Assembly (NCBI GenBank): GCA_017601145.1
Contig: JAFNIV010000002.1
Location: 23,926-87,925 of the forward strand
DNA from: Candidatus Brockarchaeota archaeon
GTDB lineage: Archaea; Thermoproteota; EX4484-205; JAAOZO01
Direction: 5' to 3'
DNA length: 64,000 nucleotides
Shown here one piece after another: positions 57,930 to 64,000 of the stretch. The notes below the pieces were generated by a model, which was given only the letters and a program-made list of their open reading frames with translations, was not told where the DNA came from and made no database searches. The stretch's first letter is position 1, and the number at the start of each line of letters is the position of its first letter. A program made the translations under genes and the position numbers.

Positions 57930-58140
57930 TAATATTCTTCTTCTACCAATTATTTAAGCATATCTATTTTGAAACTGCTGAAGGGGCAAAGGTTATTTTT
58001 CTTGTACCTTTTTCTGAAAAGCGAAAACTGTTAAAGATGAGCGCTAAACACTGGAGCTTCATTCTAATTAGAACAAATAAGTCCCATTTATGTTGCTAAT
58101 GTTACAAAACTTATATTTCATATTACTATTACTTCATACT

Positions 58141-58950
58141 ATGCCAAAAATTGAGAGAAAATGGCTTTATTTAGTTTTTGCAATATTGGTAATAGCTATT
58201 ATAGCTTACTTAGGTTATAACGTTTACCAGCAACAGACCTATCCAACTATTACTTCAATAAAAAATAAAGGTATACTAGTTGTCGGGACATCTGCAGACT
58301 TCCCACCATTTGAGTATGTAAATCAGTCTGGGGCTATAGTTGGGCTTGACATAGATATCGCAAGCGAAATTGCAAAAGAATTGGGTGTTAAACTAGTAGT
58401 TAAAGACCTTAGTTTTGATGTTTTAATTTCAGCTTTACAAGGTAAGCAAGTAGACCTGGTTATCGCTGGTATGACAATAACTCCAGAAAGATCAAAGGTT
58501 GTTGACTTTTCAGTTCCTTACTACAATGCAAGTCAAGCCGTAATTAGTCTTTCGACTCAGAAGTTCTTAAGTATTAATGACCTAAAGAACAAAAAAGTTG
58601 GTGTTCAAACTGGAACTACAGGAGAAAGTTGGGCTGAAGCAAATTTGGTAAATACAAGTATAATTTCAAATAGTAACCTCCTTCACTACGACAAACTCTC
58701 AGATGCGCTTCTTGCTCTAAAGAGAGGTGATATAGATGCGATTATAATAGATGAACCCGTTGCAAGGATGTTCGTAAGAACAGTTAGCGGCGTACAGTAT
58801 GACTTTGGAATCTACACTGGAGAACAATACGGTATAGCAGTAAATAAAGATAGTAAAGATTTACTCAATCTAGTAAACTCTGTAGTTAACAACATGAAAA
58901 CCAATGGACAGCTTGATACTTTAATTCAGAAGTGGTTTGGAAGCGGATAA
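58141..58950 (+). CDS. ABC transporter substrate-binding protein (polar amino acid, family 3)
   Basis: N-terminal TM anchor then the SBP_bac_3 fold (GILVVGTSADFPPFEY...); the ORF-track start at 58090 adds an implausible hydrophobic leader, and ATG 58141 is preferred. Confidence 0.75.
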   Translation: MPKIERKWLYLVFAILVIAIIAYLGYNVYQQQTYPTITSIKNKGILVVGTSADFPPFEYVNQSGAIVGLDIDIASEIAKELGVKLVVKDLSFDVLISALQGKQVDLVIAGMTITPERSKVVDFSVPYYNASQAVISLSTQKFLSINDLKNKKVGVQTGTTGESWAEANLVNTSIISNSNLLHYDKLSDALLALKRGDIDAIIIDEPVARMFVRTVSGVQYDFGIYTGEQYGIAVNKDSKDLLNLVNSVVNNMKTNGQLDTLIQKWFGSG

Positions 58951-58951
58951 G

Positions 58952-59623
58952 ATGATAGACTTTAGTTTTTTAACTTCAATTTTTCCTTATCTAATTCAAG
59001 GTCTTGTTTTTACTCTAGAGCTAAGTATATTTGGATTCATACTTGGCTTTTTCCTAGGAATAACCTTAGCAGTGCTTAGATTGTCTAACGATAGATTATT
59101 GTCTTCTATTTCTTCTTTATATATTGACTTAATAAGAGGTACTCCATTGCTAGTTCAAATTTTAATAATTTACTTTGGGCTACCTTCATTAGGCATTTAT
59201 TTTGATCCTATAACTGCTGGAATTTTAGCTATAGGATTAAATAGTGGTGCGTACCAAGCTGAAATCATAAGATCTGGAATAAGGGCAATTCCGAAAGAAA
59301 ACATCGAGTCTGCACAGTCATTAGGATTAACAGACTTTAAAACGTATAGGTTTGTTGTGTTACCACTAGCGATTAGAAATGTAGTTCCAGCATTAACCAA
59401 TGAACTTGTTACCCTAGTAAAAGATAGCTCATTAATTTCAGTGATAGGTGTGCCTGAGTTAACTAGAAGAGGAGAATACATAATTGCTTGGACTTTTAGA
59501 CCTTTTGAAGTTTATTTACTTGTAGCTCTGATCTACTTTGTTGTTTGCTACTTCTTATCAAAACTTTCTGCCAAACTCGAAAGAAGGCTAGCTATTCCAG
59601 GCTTCTTTTCCTCGAAAGAATGA
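58952..59623 (+). CDS. amino-acid ABC transporter permease (HisM/GlnP-type)
   Basis: Five predicted TM helices and the EAA-like loop SAQSLGLTDFKTYRFVVLPLA; ATG at 58952 follows the binding-protein stop. Confidence 0.8.
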   Translation: MIDFSFLTSIFPYLIQGLVFTLELSIFGFILGFFLGITLAVLRLSNDRLLSSISSLYIDLIRGTPLLVQILIIYFGLPSLGIYFDPITAGILAIGLNSGAYQAEIIRSGIRAIPKENIESAQSLGLTDFKTYRFVVLPLAIRNVVPALTNELVTLVKDSSLISVIGVPELTRRGEYIIAWTFRPFEVYLLVALIYFVVCYFLSKLSAKLERRLAIPGFFSSKE

Positions 59624-60378
59624 GAAGTATGACCTACTTGCTTTCTATTAAGAACTTAAAGGTAAGTTATAGCAACATAGAAGTACTTAAAGGTATAAAC
59701 TTAGATGTCAAAAAGGGAGAAAAAGTTGTAATAATTGGTCCAAGTGGCTCTGGTAAGAGTACACTTCTTAAGGCTATAGATGGGCTTGTAAAGATAAATG
59801 AAGGCGAAATCATTTTTGATGGAGTTAAGGTTAATAACGAAAACATCATTAAAGTTAGAAGTGAAATTGGTTTTGTATTTCAAAATTATACTCTATTTCC
59901 TCATTTTACTTTGCTGAAGAATGTAATGTTTCCTTTGCAAGAAGTTAAAAAGCTAAGTAAAGAAAAATCAGAAAAAATTGCAAATGAAGCCCTAGAATCT
60001 GTTGGACTCTTAGAGAAAGCTCAAAGTTATCCTTTCGAAGTTAGTGGTGGGCAAAGACAAAGAGCAGCAATTGCAAGAGCCTTAGCTTTAAATCCAAAGC
60101 TGCTACTGCTAGATGAACCAACTTCAGCTTTGGATCCAGAATTTGTTGGAGAAGTTTTAGAAATTCTAGAAGAAATCGCGAAGAAGGGAATAACAATGAT
60201 TGTAGTAACTCATGAGGTAGATTTCGCAGAAGATGTAGCAACAAATGTTGTATTTATTGATGGTGGTGAAATCATCGAGATGGGCCCTCCATCTGAAGTT
60301 CTTGTTTCACCACGCTCAGAAAGGCTCAAAAAATTTTTAAGTAGGATAATAAGAAAGAGGCTGGTTTATTCAAAGTAA
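59620..60378 (+). CDS. amino-acid ABC transporter ATP-binding protein
   Basis: Walker A GPSGSGKST, signature SGGQRQR, Walker B LLLDEPTSALD; ATGA overlap with the permease stop at 59620-59623. Confidence 0.85.
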   Translation: MRSMTYLLSIKNLKVSYSNIEVLKGINLDVKKGEKVVIIGPSGSGKSTLLKAIDGLVKINEGEIIFDGVKVNNENIIKVRSEIGFVFQNYTLFPHFTLLKNVMFPLQEVKKLSKEKSEKIANEALESVGLLEKAQSYPFEVSGGQRQRAAIARALALNPKLLLLDEPTSALDPEFVGEVLEILEEIAKKGITMIVVTHEVDFAEDVATNVVFIDGGEIIEMGPPSEVLVSPRSERLKKFLSRIIRKRLVYSK

Positions 60379-60396
60379 GTTCATTGTAACTCTTCT

Positions 60397-61347
60397 CTAA
60401 AAACTTAAGTCTATGATGTCTTTTACAGTAGCTAGTATCTGAAGCATATCAAAAACAATAAAGCTAATTTTTTCTTCACTTTCAGAAATTTCTTTTAGTT
60501 TTCTTAATGCGCTTTCATACTCAATTAACTTTTCCTCTATTTTTTCTGTTCTTCTATTAAGAAATAAGTTCAATGCTTCATTTTGAAGTTCGCTTACATT
60601 ACGAGCAATTTCCGGTAACTTTCCTAAGCTTTTGTAAAATTCATTAATTAATTCTTCTTCAGCTTCAAGTGTACGAATTCCCATATCTACAGAAATATCT
60701 CCAATTAATTCAAGTTTTTCTGAAACTAGCCTATAGTCCATAACTTCCATTGGTAAAATTGAAAATTCAGACATTAACCAATAGTCTTGTATTATTGTAC
60801 GAAGTACTCTTACTAAAAAAAAGTAGATCCGATCCACTTCTTCATCCCTACTTACTGCTAGTTTAACAATTTCGTTATCTTTTTTTAATATTCCATCAAT
60901 TATATCTTTATACATACTTGAACTAATTATGCACATCCTTTGCAGTAGTTTTGCTGGATGTGTAGAACTAACATCAAGTACACTTTGTACAACAACCTCA
61001 TTCTGAGTTTCTTCTACTATTTCCATTCCTACCAATTTTTTAAGTACTCTTTCAATTCTTTCTTTTTCATCGTAAGAAAACCTTTTTTGATTTACAATTT
61101 TGATTACGTCATAGCCAAGCAAATATTTTCCTAAAAGTTCATGCTCGAAAAAATCTGTGAAGTTTACTATTGCCAATTCTTTCTTTTTTTCACTTATCTT
61201 TATTGGTTTAATTATTAAACTTCCATCTTCTTTCACATCTATTATGACCTCTTCTCCTTTTTCTATTCCGTGTGTCTTTGCCCAGCTTTTTGGTAAAGAC
61301 ACAAAGAAGGTTTCTTTACCTATTCTTTGGACTTTCCTTGTATGCAT
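60397..61347 (-). CDS. PhoU-domain protein with N-terminal AbrB/SpoVT-type swapped-hairpin domain
   Basis: N-terminus ...IGKETFFVSLPKSWAKTHGIEKGEEVII (AbrB-like) followed by two PhoU-like helical repeats. Confidence 0.6.
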   Translation of the reverse strand: MHTRKVQRIGKETFFVSLPKSWAKTHGIEKGEEVIIDVKEDGSLIIKPIKISEKKKELAIVNFTDFFEHELLGKYLLGYDVIKIVNQKRFSYDEKERIERVLKKLVGMEIVEETQNEVVVQSVLDVSSTHPAKLLQRMCIISSSMYKDIIDGILKKDNEIVKLAVSRDEEVDRIYFFLVRVLRTIIQDYWLMSEFSILPMEVMDYRLVSEKLELIGDISVDMGIRTLEAEEELINEFYKSLGKLPEIARNVSELQNEALNLFLNRRTEKIEEKLIEYESALRKLKEISESEEKISFIVFDMLQILATVKDIIDLSF

Positions 61348-61421
61348 TTTAGTTTAATATCTTTAATGGTATTTAAAAGTTTAATCATAATCTTTAAAGA
61401 ATTGTAAGAAAAAATAAAGCC

Positions 61422-62219
61422 ATGAGTTTTACAACAAGAAGAACCTTAAGGATTAGCTTAATAGCGGCTTGTGCAGTGCTTTATGCGGCTGGTGCTTATG
61501 TAACTTCTTACATAGAAAGTCCTTGGGGTATGGGACAATTTAGACCAGCGATACTAATACCTCTAACCTTTGCTACGCTCTTTGACTGGAGTACAGCTGC
61601 TATTGGTGGTGCTTTAGGCACACTATTAGCTGACTCAATAAAGCATGGGCAACTCTATGTGCCGAGTTTAATAGCTGCAGTCCCTGGACATATTGTAGCA
61701 TTCTTTGTGTTCGGGCTATTTACTTCTAAAAAGTTTTCGTGGCGTAACTTCGTAGAAGGTACTCTAGCTTCTTTATTGTTTGGGAACTTTGTTACTGCAT
61801 TTCTTTACATTTGGTTTGTGCTAGGAACTCCTTACATTGGACTTATAATTGGCTTAACGGCTTGGTGGTATGCAACAATGCTTCCCTTTGCTTTACTTTT
61901 TACTCCTCCAATAGTTAAAGTTGTGGCTTCTGCTGCAAGAGGCTACGTTAGGGAAGAAGTATATTCCTCAAGCTTTTCAGAAACAAGAATGTCAACTTTT
62001 TTAGCTCTCTTTTTCTCAGGAATAATTTTTCTCGTGATTGGTGTATCTATGCTTCTTTATCCAAGTGTATTCTCTAATCTATTCTTGGTAGGAAAATTTA
62101 GTTCTATAAAGGATGCAGCTACTCAAGTAACTACATTAATGTTTGTAGTGTCCGGATTGTTATTTCTTGTAATAAGCTTCATAGTCCTATTTCTGACTAA
62201 GCCTAAGGCTGGTTTTTAA
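61422..62219 (+). CDS. integral membrane protein (6-7 TM)
   Basis: 265-aa hydrophobic ORF upstream of cbiMN; possibly an ECF-type substrate component, unverified. Confidence 0.45.
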   Translation: MSFTTRRTLRISLIAACAVLYAAGAYVTSYIESPWGMGQFRPAILIPLTFATLFDWSTAAIGGALGTLLADSIKHGQLYVPSLIAAVPGHIVAFFVFGLFTSKKFSWRNFVEGTLASLLFGNFVTAFLYIWFVLGTPYIGLIIGLTAWWYATMLPFALLFTPPIVKVVASAARGYVREEVYSSSFSETRMSTFLALFFSGIIFLVIGVSMLLYPSVFSNLFLVGKFSSIKDAATQVTTLMFVVSGLLFLVISFIVLFLTKPKAGF

Positions 62220-62434
62220 CAAAAGGACTGCTAACTTAATCTAGGAACTTACGTTACTTAGGAAAAAATAATCTTTAAGGGATCTCTAAAAAAGTTTTAT
62301 CACTTTTCATGGCTAAAGTTGAAAGTTCTTCACACAATTCATTTTAATGTTAAAGTAAAAAGGAAACTACTCCAAAGAAAAACTTTATAAGAGAGCTCCT
62401 TAAAGAAAAAATAGCAAGGAGAAAAAGCTTCGAA

Positions 62435-63136
62435 ATGCAAAAAGAAGAAACTGGAGGGAAATCAGTTTCTGAAGTTGTAAAGAATATAATTTTTTCAAGG
62501 CCCTCTATACTAGATTGCATTAAGATGGATGTAATTAACTTCTCAATGGTTGCCGATTTGATAGCGCCAGAAGTTGAGAAAGAAATAGGAAAAAAAGTAA
62601 ATAGAGACGCCATAAAGATGGCGGTTATAAGAACAAGAGAAGAGGTAAAGAAAAGCGAGTCGAATAAATTTGAAGAAAGCATAATAAAAATAATTCAAAA
62701 CAGTAAACTTGAGCTAAAAAATGAAATTTCTCTAATTACTCTAGACGTTCATATGGCAAAAGAAAAATTAAGTAAAATTATAGAAGTTTTTGACAAGAGT
62801 AGGTTTGTTCAAATAACTCAGGGGGTTGGTTCTATCACCATAACTTCAGACTCAGATACCTATAAGGAATTAAAGAACTATTTTGACCCAAAGGAAATAA
62901 AGGAGGAAATTAATGAGCAGTCGGCTATACTCTTGATTAGCCCTAGAGAAATAGTTAACACACCAGGAGTGGTTTCTTTTATCGTGGATTCTTTATTTAG
63001 GGAGGGTGTAAATATAACTCAAATAGTTTCATGTTACACTGACACTATACTTATTGTAAACAGAGAAGATGCCTTGCGCGCATATTCAGTACTTGAAAAG
63101 TTAATTCTTAAGTTTAGGAAAAACCAAACAGAATAG
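62435..63136 (+). CDS. hypothetical protein with C-terminal ACT-like domain
   Basis: 233 aa; the C-terminal ~70 aa (AILLISPREIVNTPGVVSFIVDSLFREGVNITQIV...) resemble an ACT ligand-binding fold. Confidence 0.4.
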   Translation: MQKEETGGKSVSEVVKNIIFSRPSILDCIKMDVINFSMVADLIAPEVEKEIGKKVNRDAIKMAVIRTREEVKKSESNKFEESIIKIIQNSKLELKNEISLITLDVHMAKEKLSKIIEVFDKSRFVQITQGVGSITITSDSDTYKELKNYFDPKEIKEEINEQSAILLISPREIVNTPGVVSFIVDSLFREGVNITQIVSCYTDTILIVNREDALRAYSVLEKLILKFRKNQTE

Positions 63137-63213
63137 TTTCTCTTCTAGTAATACGAATAGTTAATTTAGTAATACTTAAATATAGTGAAAAACTTGTTAC
63201 GTGGGGAATAAAG

Positions 63214-63870
63214 ATGCACATGCCAGATGGCTTCTTAACTCTTCAAGTTGCAGCGATAGCTTTTCTAATAGACATTCCATTTTGGATTTTATCTTTTAAA
63301 AAAGTTAGAAGAACATTTGATGAAAAAACCGCTCCATTATTTGGTACGTTGACTGCATTAATATTTGCTGCGCAAATGGTTAATTGGCCAATAGGCCCAG
63401 GAGGAACTACAGGACATTTAATTGGTTCTCCTTTAGTTTCGATACTGCTCACTCCTTACTCAGGTGTAATCGCACTTTCAATAATTTTACTTGTCCAAGC
63501 TCTAGTGTTCAACGATGGAGGTATTACTACTTATGGAGGGAATGTGTTAAGTATGGCTGTGGTTGGGTCTTTCGTTGGTTATGCTACCTATAAGACAACT
63601 TTTAAGTTGCTAAGTAAGCTAAATGTTAATAAAAGAACTAAACTTATTATTGCTTCCTTTCTTGGAGGTTGGTTGGGAATAACATCTGCTGCACTTTCTA
63701 CAGGGATACAATTAGGGCTTTCGTCAAGTGTCTTTGGATATGGTTTAAGTATTACAATTCCAGTTATGGTAGTAAGTCATGCAATAATTGGATTAGGTGA
63801 AGGCGTTATAACTGCAACTGTTGTTTACTATATTTCGAAAGTTAGACCTGATTTAGTTAAGGAGGGATAA
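63214..63870 (+). CDS. cbiM: cobalt/nickel ECF transporter substrate-capture component CbiM
   Basis: N-terminus MHMPDGFLT is diagnostic of CbiM/NikM; 218 aa, multi-TM. Confidence 0.8.
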   Translation: MHMPDGFLTLQVAAIAFLIDIPFWILSFKKVRRTFDEKTAPLFGTLTALIFAAQMVNWPIGPGGTTGHLIGSPLVSILLTPYSGVIALSIILLVQALVFNDGGITTYGGNVLSMAVVGSFVGYATYKTTFKLLSKLNVNKRTKLIIASFLGGWLGITSAALSTGIQLGLSSSVFGYGLSITIPVMVVSHAIIGLGEGVITATVVYYISKVRPDLVKEG

Positions 63871-63873
63871 AAG

Positions 63874-64000
63874 ATGAACCAAAACCTTGTTACGTTTTTA
63901 AAAATCATAATTGTGGCTGCTATTTTTGCTTTCTTAGGCTCATGGGTCGCATCTTATGCTTACGAGCCTTTAGATAAAGCCGCTGAAATACTTAAACTAA
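63874..64000 (+). CDS. cbiN: cobalt transport protein CbiN (3' end truncated by window edge)
   Basis: ATG 63874 preceded by GGAGGG SD; MNQNLVTFLKIIIVAAIFAFLGSW... is a typical CbiN TM N-terminus. Confidence 0.65.
   Translation, partial: MNQNLVTFLKIIIVAAIFAFLGSWVASYAYEPLDKAAEILKL

Noticed and set aside
59545-59619. Upstream extension of the ABC ATPase ORF (ORF-track start 59545)
   Set aside because: Lies inside the permease gene; ATG 59620, forming an ATGA overlap with the permease stop, is the natural coupled start
1-64000. CRISPR arrays, tRNA and rRNA genes
   Set aside because: No direct-repeat/spacer periodicity anywhere; no GTTC(G/A)AATC T-loop within GC-rich ~75-nt segments; the only GC-rich islands are the two structured-RNA candidates reported

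Overview
The window is AT-rich (about one-third GC) and densely packed with archaeal genes: TFB, Gar1, SRP19, ribosomal protein S8e, aSUI1, Trm1, a GPN-loop GTPase, Lhr-type helicase + metallophosphoesterase (MPE), ADP-forming acetyl-CoA synthetase, pyruvoyl-type SAM decarboxylase and geranylgeranyl reductase. Several features fit a thermophilic crenarchaeon (Sulfolobales-like): leaderless genes with a TATA-like box about 30 bp upstream, GGTGA/GGAGG Shine-Dalgarno (SD) motifs before internal operon genes, Lys/Ile/Glu-rich proteins, and a secreted protein extremely rich in N-glycosylation sequons. The taxonomic call is an inference. Most of the window is housekeeping: polyamine synthesis (speH-speE), RNase HII, a GGPP synthase/RpiA/DUF72 block, lhr-MPE, argF, DNA ligase, uppS, an smc-scpA-scpB-pepQ operon, the S8e-SRP19-Gar1-TFB cluster, RlmE/Trm1, an amino-acid ABC transporter and cbiMN. 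The main non-obvious features are: (1) a 160-aa mini-intein splitting the Walker-A P-loop of SMC; (2) two structured-RNA islands, one strongly GC-rich at 37.15-37.39 kb (SRP or RNase P RNA candidate) and one at ~6.54-6.70 kb whose 5' part resembles the RNase P P4 consensus; (3) an accessory-looking islet at 21.3-27.2 kb with a large sequon-rich secreted protein, a divergent MacB/FtsX-type ABC exporter, an orphan 120-aa protein with an HYD1/ART-like motif, and a small Gly/Trp + coiled-coil protein divergent from a PadR regulator; (4) a DUF72 protein fused to a SWIM-like zinc finger; (5) a perfect 10-bp palindrome in the lhr promoter; and (6) a degraded, frameshifted ORF remnant at 57.7-57.9 kb. 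No CRISPR array, tRNA or rRNA gene was detected. Many ORF-track entries are antisense artefacts of AT-rich coding sequence.
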